IMG/VR virus record: IMGVR_UViG_3300012956_000001
Location: 89,730-153,729 of that record
Strand: one strand, 5' to 3'
Source of the DNA: a virus
Taxonomy: Duplodnaviria; Heunggongvirae; Uroviricota; Caudoviricetes
Length of the DNA: 64,000 nt
The notes beneath the pieces were generated by a model. The model was not told the origin of the DNA, searched no databases, and was given only the letters and a program-made list of their open reading frames with translations. How positions within the stretch are numbered: position 1 is the first letter of the stretch; every line of letters starts with the position of its first letter. Below, piece after piece: positions 18,922 through 28,768 of the stretch. The position numbers and the translations under genes are program-made.

Positions 18922-19836
18922 ATGTCATATGAACTAACTAGTCTATTAGATTCCATACTTGGAACCCACCACAAACATGCCCACGGTGAATTTTACTGGT
19001 CGTGTCCATTCTGCCATCATGCAAAACCAAAATTAGCAATTAATGTAACCAAGGGTGCATGGCACTGCTGGGTGTGTAATGCGTCTGGCCGTAGACTCGT
19101 ATCGCTGTTTAGAAAGTTGGATTGTTCCCGCGACCAACTCGCACAGCTGGCAAAGATTCTTGATGAAGACGTATATCAGCCCAATACAACCGATCATGAA
19201 GTGGTACATCTCAATCTGCCACAAGAATTCAAACCGTTCACCGTGCCAACTAAACTTATAGAATACAAGCGAGCCCTACAATATATTACACAACGGGGAA
19301 TCACCGCGTCCGACATCATGCGGTATCAGATTGGATATTGTTCCGATGGCAACTATGCCGGTCGGATCATCATTCCATCATTTGATGCTACGGGTAAATT
19401 GAATTACTTTGTGGGTCGGTCATTTTACGAACCTACTACAATGAAGTACAAGAATCCACCAGTTAGCAAAAATGTGATTGGGTTTGATATGCACATTAAC
19501 TGGAAGTATCCCATCGTATTGTGTGAGGGTGTATACGATGCTATTGCAATTAAACGAAATGCAATTCCATTGTTGGGTAAGACGATGCCTGGTAAATTGG
19601 CAGAGAAGATTGTAATTGAAAATGTACAACACATTTACCTTGCACTTGATGCGGATGCTTTACGACAGACCGCCAGAATGGCTTCTGAATTGATTCGTGA
19701 GGGTCGGGCGGTGTATGTTGTAGATTTAGATGGTAAAGATCCTAGTGAGATTGGATTCACTCGAATGTCCGAGTTGATTAAAAATGCAAAGCCACTTGGT
19801 TTTGCAGAACTTGTTAAATTACGAGCTACTGCATGA
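18922..19836 (+). CDS. DNA primase (Zn finger + Toprim; gp61/DnaG-like)
   Basis: 'CPFCHH...WHCWVC' Zn-binding domain, 'RIIIPSFD...YFVGRSF', 'LCEGVYDA', 'LALDADA'. Confidence 0.9.
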   Translation: MSYELTSLLDSILGTHHKHAHGEFYWSCPFCHHAKPKLAINVTKGAWHCWVCNASGRRLVSLFRKLDCSRDQLAQLAKILDEDVYQPNTTDHEVVHLNLPQEFKPFTVPTKLIEYKRALQYITQRGITASDIMRYQIGYCSDGNYAGRIIIPSFDATGKLNYFVGRSFYEPTTMKYKNPPVSKNVIGFDMHINWKYPIVLCEGVYDAIAIKRNAIPLLGKTMPGKLAEKIVIENVQHIYLALDADALRQTARMASELIREGRAVYVVDLDGKDPSEIGFTRMSELIKNAKPLGFAELVKLRATA

Positions 19837-22800
19837 CACTACGTAAAACCATTCCTACCAAACTAACCCAATTAGACAAAATCATACATTGTGCCGATAT
19901 TCACATTCGTCTATACAAGAGACATGCTGAGTACCGTGAAGTGTTTGCAACATTCTATGACAGCATTCGATCTCAAAACCTAACGAATACTGCAATTGTT
20001 GTGGCTGGTGACGTAGTGCATGCAAAGACGGACATGAGCCCAGAAATGGTCAACCTCACATCCGAATTTCTGAAGCAACTTGCTGATCTAGCGCCTACTA
20101 TTTTGATCGCTGGTAACCACGATCTTAACCTGGCCAATCCAAATCGATTGGATGCTCTTTCGCCCATCGTGGATAACTTACAGCACGAGAATCTATATTA
20201 TCTGAAAGACTCCGGTGTGTACGAATTTGCAAATGTTGAATTTGCATTGTTTGCCGTAGATGATGGGCCGGAAGATTGGCCATCTGCAACGGCTTTGACC
20301 GATGGTAAAGCCAAGATTGCATTGTTCCACGGACCAGTTAATTTGGCACAAACTGATGTAGGCTACACCGTCGCTGGTAAAATCACGGTGGATACATTCG
20401 GTGGGTATGACATGGTATTGTTGGGTGACATCCACCGAACACAGATACTTCAAGAATACGGCGGCCCGGGCACACCTGAGATATTCTATCCGGGTAGCTT
20501 GATCCAACAAAACCACGGCGAGTCATTGGTTGGGCACGGCTACGGCATCTGGGATGTGCCTACGAGATCCGTAGAGACGTATGTTGAAGTACCTAACAGC
20601 TACGGATATCACACAATTCGATTGCTAGACAATACGATGCCCGACATTTCCAATTTACCAGACAATCTACGACTTCGTATTTTGGCGGGTGATGTAGATG
20701 TATCGGTGGTCAAGAAGCTCCAGGCATCTATTCGACGAAAGTACAATGTCGTCGAGTGTACGGTAAACAAACTGCCACGACAGAAGAATCTTGTTACGGG
20801 TACATCTACGAATATTCTAGATAACATTCATGATATTACCACACAGAATACTCTGATCACCGAATTTATAGATGCACATCAACCGGGCGTTGATGATTCG
20901 GTTATAGACAAAATCCTAGAAATCAATACCAAACTAAATGCATTCATTGGGGAAGATGAATTACCTAAGAACATTAGTTGGAAGCCTATATATCTGACGT
21001 TTGACAATCTATTTTCATATGGTGAAGGTAACGTCATCAACTTCGAAGATATGACCGGATTGTACGGCGTATTCAGTCCGAATGCTACAGGTAAGACCAG
21101 TGCCTTTGATGCAATGTGTTTTGCACTATACGACAAGACACCCAGAGCATTTAAGGGCAGTCATATCATGAATACCAGAAAGGATACTTTCTCTTGTGAA
21201 TTAACCATTGACATTGAAAGTACTAGATACATGATTGAACGTACTGGCACACGAAAGAAGAACGGCGAAGTCAAGGTTGATGTTAACTTCTTCAAGATTG
21301 ATGGCGATCAAAAGATTTCCTTGAATGGTGAGGATCGGCGAGACACTAATGGTGCCATCCGTTCCTATGTAGGTACATATGAAGACTTTATTCTTACGGC
21401 TCTATCCGTACAGAATCAAAATAGCTTGTTCATTGATACCGGCCAGTCAGATCGTAAGGATTTATTGAGTCAGTTTATTGGTCTAACTGTATTTGATCGA
21501 CTGTTCAATCTGGCAGCTGATGAAATTAAGGAAGTGGCCGGGGCGTTGAAGAGTTTTAGAAAGGATGACTTCACACAAAACCTGGCAAACATTCAAACTG
21601 AACAAGATCAAGTACAGCGTGAATATGATATGTTAGAAGCCAACATTCTAAATCTAACAAACAAGTCTAATGATCTTGATGAAAATATTAAGCAACTCTT
21701 TTTGCAAAAGACACCAAATATAGTTGTGATTGATATAGAACCAATAAAAGAACGGCTGGAACAACATAAAATAGATCTTGATACGTTATCTGTCAGACTC
21801 AACGAGGAAAAAATCAAAGCCGATGAAAGTCAAACCGAAATAACTAAGTTTGCAACGTCGCATAAGCATAAAAGATCAGAAGACGAATTGGAAAAATTGG
21901 ACGCCGAATATATCGCTGCATCAACTGCGTACCAAAAAATGCAAGCAGAGATCAACATATTGCATGCAAAGGCACAGGGCAAAAAAGAACAACTAGATAA
22001 GCTAAAGGCACACAAGTACGATCCAGATTGTGAATATTGTGTTAATAGTGTATTTGTTAAGGAAGCCGCAACTGTATCTGCCGAGTATACTTCTCTTATG
22101 TGTCAAATTGATGATCGTGTTGTAAAAATGGGCGGGGCTACAGAATATCTATCTGTTAGAGAGTCGGCACACACTGAGCTGATAGAATTAAGAAAAGACG
22201 TTGAGATGTTGCGTAAGATGAAAGATGACAGAGAAATTATATTGCATGAGTATAAACGTTTATCCGAGAGTGAATTACAAAAAACCCAAGCAATAAATGA
22301 CCTGTATACTATTGTAGCTCAATATGAATCAAATCAAAATCTTATAGAACAAAATAAGATACTTGAATCAAAAATACTAGCAACTACAGATATAAAAGTT
22401 GCGGTCGATAAAGACATTCAACAAATGAACATATCGCTGCGTGACAAGGATCGACAACTTACTATTCTTCGTGCCAAAAAAGATGATCTATTAAACATGA
22501 TCAAAAATGCACAGGAATTAGAAACCACTTATGAGGCCTACGAGACATATTTGAGCGTCATTGGTCGAGATGGATTGCCATATCAACTCATCAGTCAGAT
22601 GATTCCAACGTTACAGACTGAGGTAAACAACATTCTATCACAAATGGTAGACTTCTCAGTATCGTTGGACGTAGATGGTAAGAACATCAATGGCCGAATT
22701 GTCTACGAAGACGATAGAACATGGCCTCTTGAACTGGCCTCGGGCATGGAAAAGTTCATTTCTGGTCTGGCCATTCGGGTCGCCCTTATGTCGGTGAGTA

Positions 22801-23012
22801 ATCTACCCAAGTCGAACTTCTTGGTAATTGACGAAGGTCTTGGTGTATTAGACGCTGACAACCTAGCAAGTATGTCCACGATGTTTGACATATTGAAGAC
22901 CCAGTTTGACTTCATTATCCTGATCAGTCACTTGGACGTGGTACGTGACATTGCCGATACTCTCTTGGAGATACGACGAGACGACGGATTTTCATACATT
23001 ACGGTAGAATAA
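19833..23012 (+). CDS. Fused SbcD-SbcC (Mre11-Rad50, gp47-gp46) recombination nuclease/ATPase
   Basis: Phosphoesterase motifs 'ADIH', 'AGDVVH', 'AGNHD', 'GDIH'. Then Walker A 'SPNATGKTS', coiled coil with Zn hook 'CEYC', signature 'ASGME', Walker B 'VIDEG' and H-loop 'ISHL', all in one 1059-aa frame. Confidence 0.92.
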   Translation: MTLRKTIPTKLTQLDKIIHCADIHIRLYKRHAEYREVFATFYDSIRSQNLTNTAIVVAGDVVHAKTDMSPEMVNLTSEFLKQLADLAPTILIAGNHDLNLANPNRLDALSPIVDNLQHENLYYLKDSGVYEFANVEFALFAVDDGPEDWPSATALTDGKAKIALFHGPVNLAQTDVGYTVAGKITVDTFGGYDMVLLGDIHRTQILQEYGGPGTPEIFYPGSLIQQNHGESLVGHGYGIWDVPTRSVETYVEVPNSYGYHTIRLLDNTMPDISNLPDNLRLRILAGDVDVSVVKKLQASIRRKYNVVECTVNKLPRQKNLVTGTSTNILDNIHDITTQNTLITEFIDAHQPGVDDSVIDKILEINTKLNAFIGEDELPKNISWKPIYLTFDNLFSYGEGNVINFEDMTGLYGVFSPNATGKTSAFDAMCFALYDKTPRAFKGSHIMNTRKDTFSCELTIDIESTRYMIERTGTRKKNGEVKVDVNFFKIDGDQKISLNGEDRRDTNGAIRSYVGTYEDFILTALSVQNQNSLFIDTGQSDRKDLLSQFIGLTVFDRLFNLAADEIKEVAGALKSFRKDDFTQNLANIQTEQDQVQREYDMLEANILNLTNKSNDLDENIKQLFLQKTPNIVVIDIEPIKERLEQHKIDLDTLSVRLNEEKIKADESQTEITKFATSHKHKRSEDELEKLDAEYIAASTAYQKMQAEINILHAKAQGKKEQLDKLKAHKYDPDCEYCVNSVFVKEAATVSAEYTSLMCQIDDRVVKMGGATEYLSVRESAHTELIELRKDVEMLRKMKDDREIILHEYKRLSESELQKTQAINDLYTIVAQYESNQNLIEQNKILESKILATTDIKVAVDKDIQQMNISLRDKDRQLTILRAKKDDLLNMIKNAQELETTYEAYETYLSVIGRDGLPYQLISQMIPTLQTEVNNILSQMVDFSVSLDVDGKNINGRIVYEDDRTWPLELASGMEKFISGLAIRVALMSVSNLPKSNFLVIDEGLGVLDADNLASMSTMFDILKTQFDFIILISHLDVVRDIADTLLEIRRDDGFSYITVE

Positions 23013-23018
23013 CCCTCC

Positions 23019-23062
23019 AATATCAATGCCCGACGCCGAAAGTGTTGGGCATTGATATTTAT
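23019..23062 (+). promoter_or_regulatory. Long hairpin (possible terminator) with overlapping TATTTAT motif (23056-23062)
   Basis: aatatcaatgccc...gggcattgatatt perfect 13-bp inverted repeat, extended by G-U pairs. It separates the replication block from the next structural block. Confidence 0.6.
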
Positions 23063-23093
23063 GGCATGATTGTTCCCATTATAGGGTTGCTGC

Positions 23094-25682
23094 ATGCCAA
23101 AATTGAAAAAAAGAGTACAACTTCAAAATTTGTCTAATATTCGTACTTGGATAGTAGATAACAACCCATTTTCAGAATATTTTCGACTAGCACAGATTCC
23201 AGAGATTATTCCTGGCGGCAAAAGTGGCTTTCTTATCAATGGATCGCCAAACCTAGTTCGTACAACAGAAGTACTAGTCGAACTAACCGATGTAAATGGC
23301 AATCCAGTTTTTACTCAACCCATCAAAAACTATCAAGAAGGCTTAGCTCGTGTAGTATCGTTTGAGGTATACGACGATACTCCACCGGGGCCTGCCGTGC
23401 TTACCATTCTCGGTGAACTCGCATTTGACTCTGATGGTAACCGCGTGCCCGATGAATGGATCGGAACATACAACGTTAAGTGGCAACGAACGGTTAACAT
23501 TGAACCAACAAAGCCAAATAGCAATGTCATTAGACTATACAATCGACCAGTACTAAGTGTATCAGAACAATTGATTCCGTTTAGACAAACGGTTACTGGA
23601 TCGATGATTGATATTAGCTCTGGAACTATTACTGGTCAGTATGTGCCAGCAAATGTACAATTGGTGGGCGATGACATTACTAATCTACAACGACAGGTTA
23701 GTACCGATGGCACCATCATCACGGCCACAGATCCAATTTTTGTCAGACGAGCAAGTGATGGTACATTTACGGCACTAGTCGATGGCGTACCATTTACATC
23801 TAGTATTCAACGACTGCAGTCAAGTACCACGGCACGGTTGCCACGATTTATTACGGGTAGTGATGCACAACCTGTCATTCGTTGGTCAACGAACAATTAC
23901 ACAATGTCGTATCAGCAGTCCCCGACATATATTACGTCATCATTAAATCGGTCATTTGCCAACATATCGTTGACAAACCTAACCACATTTACTGGTGACA
24001 TTCAACGTGCAAAATTCTATGTACGTGGCATTGACGAAGATCAAAAATATGAATTGCTGGAAGATGTGGTTCTTGAGTCTGTACAGCTTACCGTCAGTCA
24101 ATCCAGCACAGGTGAACAGGTACAACTTGGCCAGATTATCGATCAGCCCTTCCTTGATCAAAATTGGGAAGTTGGTCAGATTGAAAATGGTAATTCGTAT
24201 CAAACCGGCAGTGTCACCGCGTCATATAACAGTACCGTTCTTATAGACTCGGTAACTATTACAGGAGCGGGCACTGGTTCTATCGCATCCACATATAGTG
24301 ATGTACCGCTTATCTGGACGGGCATCAGTGAATCTATTGCTTTGGAAGCAGATACGGAATATACATTTGAATGTGATGTGGTATGCACCAAGGCGGACCC
24401 AGACTTTGACGCTAGGATGGACGTTCGATTGTACGGTACTAACTTCTTGGGCGGTCAATCATCACAGTTGGGCTATCTGATTACCAAGTTGGAGTCGCCG
24501 GCTGGACAGAGCCGCCGAACGTTCCAAAACTTTATATTTAACTTTACCACAACTGCCGCCGGCCTTGCAAAACTTCGATTTGCCATTTATGGCGGTAGTT
24601 GGTACCTGAGTAACGTCAAAATTACGTCTGCCAGGGAGTCTGGCTTCAATCCTGACCAAATAAGTGTCTTCTCCTCGGTGATCGGTCGTCGATTTGAACG
24701 ATTGCAGTTTAAAGCGGAACTGTACGATGCCAATTCGAATCTAGTTCCTCTGAATATTGAGACCGATCCAATATACTTTGATGGTGGCAATCTTGTATTC
24801 CGAGGGTCGGATACTCGTATTGACGGTATTCTAACTGTCGCACCATCGGGCTCTGGTCCAACCCTTACCACTCGTGGATTTAACAACATCGACGGGGTAT
24901 TCACGTTGGGACAGGCCATTTCCATTGGTCCGTCCATTCCACAGGTTAGAAGTGCAACAACGGCATTCTTTGCCGGGACATCATCGAATGGTCCAGAAAT
25001 TTCCGTAGGCGACAAACTGTATGGATACTATGATTTTAATCTAAATGAATTCATTCTACAAATTCAGGGTACATTGTTAATCGGCTCTGGATCTAACTTT
25101 GTTGACATTAGAACTTTGTTGCCAAGAAGTCCAAGAGATGCGCAATTTGCACGATTGACTGCACAGGTTGGCGATTTTTATGATTTACGTGGCCGATATT
25201 CAGTTACCGCTGGTGAGGTAAGAGATCAGATTGCTCGAATGGGCAATTATACCCGAGAACGACTACCAGTAGTATGGCAACCACCCGTCACATCACCAGA
25301 CATAGATTTTAGTTATGATGCTTACACTACGTCATCTATAATTTTAGCATCATCGTGCTCTATTAATTTATCTAATTCAAACATCGGTATATATAACAAT
25401 ACATTGTATTTGGATGGACTGTTACAAATGACGGCAAACACTGCATCACAACCATTTAGTGTAATTTACACATCAGAGGTGGTAAGCAGCTGGACGGGAT
25501 ACCCCAGTACTGGATCTGCTGGAACAGAATTTGCTGGCGACGGCGGCATAATTGTTGTTCAAACCGGATCTTTTTTGACGAATAATACAATAAACTTTCC
25601 TATTCCAGTTCCATCACCAAGAATAGGGGATACACTATATATCGTCACTAAAATTACAATAAATACGGAGGCGTCAGTATAA
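23094..25682 (+). CDS. Putative virion structural/fibre-associated protein
   Basis: 862 aa, beta-rich and Thr/Ser/Gly-rich. First gene of a coupled fibre-like cluster. Confidence 0.65.
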   Translation: MPKLKKRVQLQNLSNIRTWIVDNNPFSEYFRLAQIPEIIPGGKSGFLINGSPNLVRTTEVLVELTDVNGNPVFTQPIKNYQEGLARVVSFEVYDDTPPGPAVLTILGELAFDSDGNRVPDEWIGTYNVKWQRTVNIEPTKPNSNVIRLYNRPVLSVSEQLIPFRQTVTGSMIDISSGTITGQYVPANVQLVGDDITNLQRQVSTDGTIITATDPIFVRRASDGTFTALVDGVPFTSSIQRLQSSTTARLPRFITGSDAQPVIRWSTNNYTMSYQQSPTYITSSLNRSFANISLTNLTTFTGDIQRAKFYVRGIDEDQKYELLEDVVLESVQLTVSQSSTGEQVQLGQIIDQPFLDQNWEVGQIENGNSYQTGSVTASYNSTVLIDSVTITGAGTGSIASTYSDVPLIWTGISESIALEADTEYTFECDVVCTKADPDFDARMDVRLYGTNFLGGQSSQLGYLITKLESPAGQSRRTFQNFIFNFTTTAAGLAKLRFAIYGGSWYLSNVKITSARESGFNPDQISVFSSVIGRRFERLQFKAELYDANSNLVPLNIETDPIYFDGGNLVFRGSDTRIDGILTVAPSGSGPTLTTRGFNNIDGVFTLGQAISIGPSIPQVRSATTAFFAGTSSNGPEISVGDKLYGYYDFNLNEFILQIQGTLLIGSGSNFVDIRTLLPRSPRDAQFARLTAQVGDFYDLRGRYSVTAGEVRDQIARMGNYTRERLPVVWQPPVTSPDIDFSYDAYTTSSIILASSCSINLSNSNIGIYNNTLYLDGLLQMTANTASQPFSVIYTSEVVSSWTGYPSTGSAGTEFAGDGGIIVVQTGSFLTNNTINFPIPVPSPRIGDTLYIVTKITINTEASV

Positions 25683-26365
25683 TGTCTACTGTTATATTTG
25701 ATACACAACAATCATTTGAAGGATCTGGCTCATATTATGCACAAGGAATTACAACTACGTTGTTTCCCGGTACTCTTAGCATGCGAGATCCATTTACTGC
25801 CTATTGTCGTGGTCCTGACATAATACAAGATGAAATTTATACGCCAGCGAGCGGCAATTTTAGTTATGTATGGCGTGCACAATTTACAGCCAGTGGAGGA
25901 GAGTTCGGCGTACCAGGCGTAGAAATTCAACGTCAGAATGTAGCTGGTACTGGATGGGAGCCGTCATCATCATTTTTTGTAGATTTTTCTGAGGTACAAG
26001 CATTTCCATATGATTCGTCTAGAGATATTCGATCCTTAGATTTTTGTATAACAGAACACGGCATTATATTTGCGGTGTTTGAAATTGCAGATCTTATAGA
26101 TCCAACTAGATCTGTTGTATATTTAGCAACTAATGCACACGCATCATACACTGGAAGAAATGCAAATAGTACACCACAATTAATATCATCACCAATCACA
26201 AATGTACAAGAAATATTCAGACAGACTGCAATTGACAACGCAAATTATGATTATATTGACACCGTATTTACATTTTATTCAGGTACTCCTCCACAATCAT
26301 TTGGATTAATTCGTGTTGATTACGGCACCAATCCAGTAATAGTATATGATAAGGAGATTGCATAA
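25682..26365 (+). CDS. Hypothetical (fibre cluster)
   Basis: 227 aa with TAATG coupling; AT-rich. Confidence 0.65.
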   Translation: MSTVIFDTQQSFEGSGSYYAQGITTTLFPGTLSMRDPFTAYCRGPDIIQDEIYTPASGNFSYVWRAQFTASGGEFGVPGVEIQRQNVAGTGWEPSSSFFVDFSEVQAFPYDSSRDIRSLDFCITEHGIIFAVFEIADLIDPTRSVVYLATNAHASYTGRNANSTPQLISSPITNVQEIFRQTAIDNANYDYIDTVFTFYSGTPPQSFGLIRVDYGTNPVIVYDKEIA

Positions 26366-27477
26366 TGCCAGATCAGTATGTAACAGAAATTAAAACATTA
26401 TATTACGAAAGTTCAAGTATTTCTCCTTTTAGCGCATCTATTTTTCAAGCACCTAAAATTGTACGAGAAAATGAATCATTTTATTTTGCATATGGATTGG
26501 GAACGTTTGCCGCCGATGCTGCGCCGCCGATATCACCGGAAGATGAATATCCGCCAAATACGCCTATATTTGGGATGACGCCCGATGAATCGCCTAAGAA
26601 CGTATATTTACGCATGGAATCATTACAATTTGGAAAAAAAGATTGTAGTGCAGACGGGCCGCCAGCACAGTTAATTGGCGCCGCGACGACATCAATTGCA
26701 CGAGGCCAAGTTTATGTAGATACGTTATCCATTACTAGAACGGGCGTATATAGGTTAATATTAGAACAATCTGGTACATTAGCTACGAATACTGCAAAAT
26801 ATCCGATTGTTGTCTTGCCTGCAACAGGAACTAGAGAGGTACTGATCTCTTATACATCCGCATCTACAATCCAAACAAAAGAATATTTTAGAAATTTAAT
26901 GTATGGTAATGTAGAAGTAGATATATCTGGACATCCAACATCAATTACTGTACAAAATGTACAATCACCAATAACCGCGCCTATCACAGCTAACATAATA
27001 TCTGCGAGTTATGGCTGTACAACATCTGTAACTGGATCGCTTGCTGGTATGTTTAGTGGAAGTATAGTTGGACGTATCGTAGGAGATATCAGAGGCATAG
27101 TAAATAATCAATATTACACACAGTATTATGCAGATCCATTCTCTGGAAGTTTTGTTGGTATATTAACCGGAAGTATGTGCGGCACATTTAATGGATCTGG
27201 AACTATGACAGCCTCGGCATTTGATGCTGGGTCGCCGGTTGCGTCTGCATCAATAAATGGAAATATATATACGGCTTATTCGGGTACTATTATTGGTGGA
27301 ATTAGTGGATCTATTGTTGGATCATCTTGTTGTAATATTTCATTTGAATCGGAACGATTAATTACGCATAATTTTGCAAAGCTGGCAGATGGTAGGGTAC
27401 GCTTAAATTATTCTAGAAAAAATCCAATAACTCAGGCATATACTATGAGTATCATTGAAACTGTTCCGTTGATATAA
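26365..27477 (+). CDS. Hypothetical, Gly/Ser-rich (fibre cluster)
   Basis: 370 aa with repeated 'FSGSIVG/FVGILTGS' beta-strand-like segments. Confidence 0.65.
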   Translation: MPDQYVTEIKTLYYESSSISPFSASIFQAPKIVRENESFYFAYGLGTFAADAAPPISPEDEYPPNTPIFGMTPDESPKNVYLRMESLQFGKKDCSADGPPAQLIGAATTSIARGQVYVDTLSITRTGVYRLILEQSGTLATNTAKYPIVVLPATGTREVLISYTSASTIQTKEYFRNLMYGNVEVDISGHPTSITVQNVQSPITAPITANIISASYGCTTSVTGSLAGMFSGSIVGRIVGDIRGIVNNQYYTQYYADPFSGSFVGILTGSMCGTFNGSGTMTASAFDAGSPVASASINGNIYTAYSGTIIGGISGSIVGSSCCNISFESERLITHNFAKLADGRVRLNYSRKNPITQAYTMSIIETVPLI

Positions 27478-27478
27478 T

Positions 27479-28768
27479 ATGTCGTTAAGCGATATTACCG
27501 GATCTAGATGGGAATCAGCATCATTTAACGCGGCATTTTTAACTGGATCGCTGCCTGGTAGTGGCGTGCAAGGATATTGGTCTGCAAGTCTTGGATCATT
27601 TTCGTCGTCAGTATCATCGTCTGCACAATTATCAACACGATATTTAACTATCGGTGCACCATCTAGTTCAGTTACCTTAAATTTAGGCTCGTTGGTGGTA
27701 TCTTGGTCACAGTCATCAACTGAAGATCCGGGTCTTATTGATGCCATTTTATTTGGTGCTGCCCAAGCACAGTCATTTGGTTTGCAAGTTCAATTTTCGC
27801 CAATTACATTTACGTACGCAGAACTATCATCATCGTTAAATCGACGTGGTATATATGCAAATGCTCACAGTGGATCTCCACAACTATCACTAGAGCCTGT
27901 ATCAGGCAATATATATGAAACATGGCCAGGCGATATTTGGCTATTAGATAAAAATAGTTACATCGGCGAAAACGGCTATCGATTTGCTGATGAAAACAAA
28001 ACTGATAATTCTGTATATGTTGCGCGTCCTATATTATCTCGTGTAGATGAGACATCCGAATCTGTTGTTGCAAGATATTCAACTACCAATGGTCCAAAAA
28101 ATATAAACGTAGGTATATCATCATTAGTTACTAATGGCTGGCATATCACGATAAACAGCGGAACCATGTCAGGCAGTGGTTGGATGAATGCATCGTGGTC
28201 TGGTGGTATTTACATGCCAAATAGTGGAACCGTTGCAATATTTGGCAATAAAAACTTTGAAGTGCCTGGTGGATACATTAGTGCATCTACCTATCTTGGA
28301 ACAATTGAGTCATCATCATATGCATTAACTGCCTCATACGCTATGAACGGCGCCGGTCCAAGTGTATCTGCATCGTACGCACTCACTGCATCGTACTCAA
28401 CAACGGCAACAACATTAGTACCACTATATACATTTACAGCCTCCGTGGCTACAACCCCCACATATCAAGTAGTATCCAGTGGATCTCAACACTTGCCAAC
28501 TGGGGTGTATGTAATGTCGTTAATGGCAACCAATGACAATCATATCAATGAAGTATATACTGGTCAGTTGTCATGGTATGCAGGCAATACCAATAGTACA
28601 TCGTCGGATGAAATATCAATGCACCGCGCCGGCGTCTCGCCGGGAAGCATGTCATTGTATTTACAGACACGGCATCGTACTGGAAACGTTCCCATGTACT
28701 TAGAACTTGCTTCAAATTTGTCACATCCAACGGCGTCATATTACTTTAGCTTTGTGAAAATTTTATGA
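27479..28768 (+). CDS. Putative tail fibre/adhesin
   Basis: 429 aa carrying 'SSYALTASYA' repeats shared with other fibres; C-terminal globular beta domain. Confidence 0.6.
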   Translation: MSLSDITGSRWESASFNAAFLTGSLPGSGVQGYWSASLGSFSSSVSSSAQLSTRYLTIGAPSSSVTLNLGSLVVSWSQSSTEDPGLIDAILFGAAQAQSFGLQVQFSPITFTYAELSSSLNRRGIYANAHSGSPQLSLEPVSGNIYETWPGDIWLLDKNSYIGENGYRFADENKTDNSVYVARPILSRVDETSESVVARYSTTNGPKNINVGISSLVTNGWHITINSGTMSGSGWMNASWSGGIYMPNSGTVAIFGNKNFEVPGGYISASTYLGTIESSSYALTASYAMNGAGPSVSASYALTASYSTTATTLVPLYTFTASVATTPTYQVVSSGSQHLPTGVYVMSLMATNDNHINEVYTGQLSWYAGNTNSTSSDEISMHRAGVSPGSMSLYLQTRHRTGNVPMYLELASNLSHPTASYYFSFVKIL

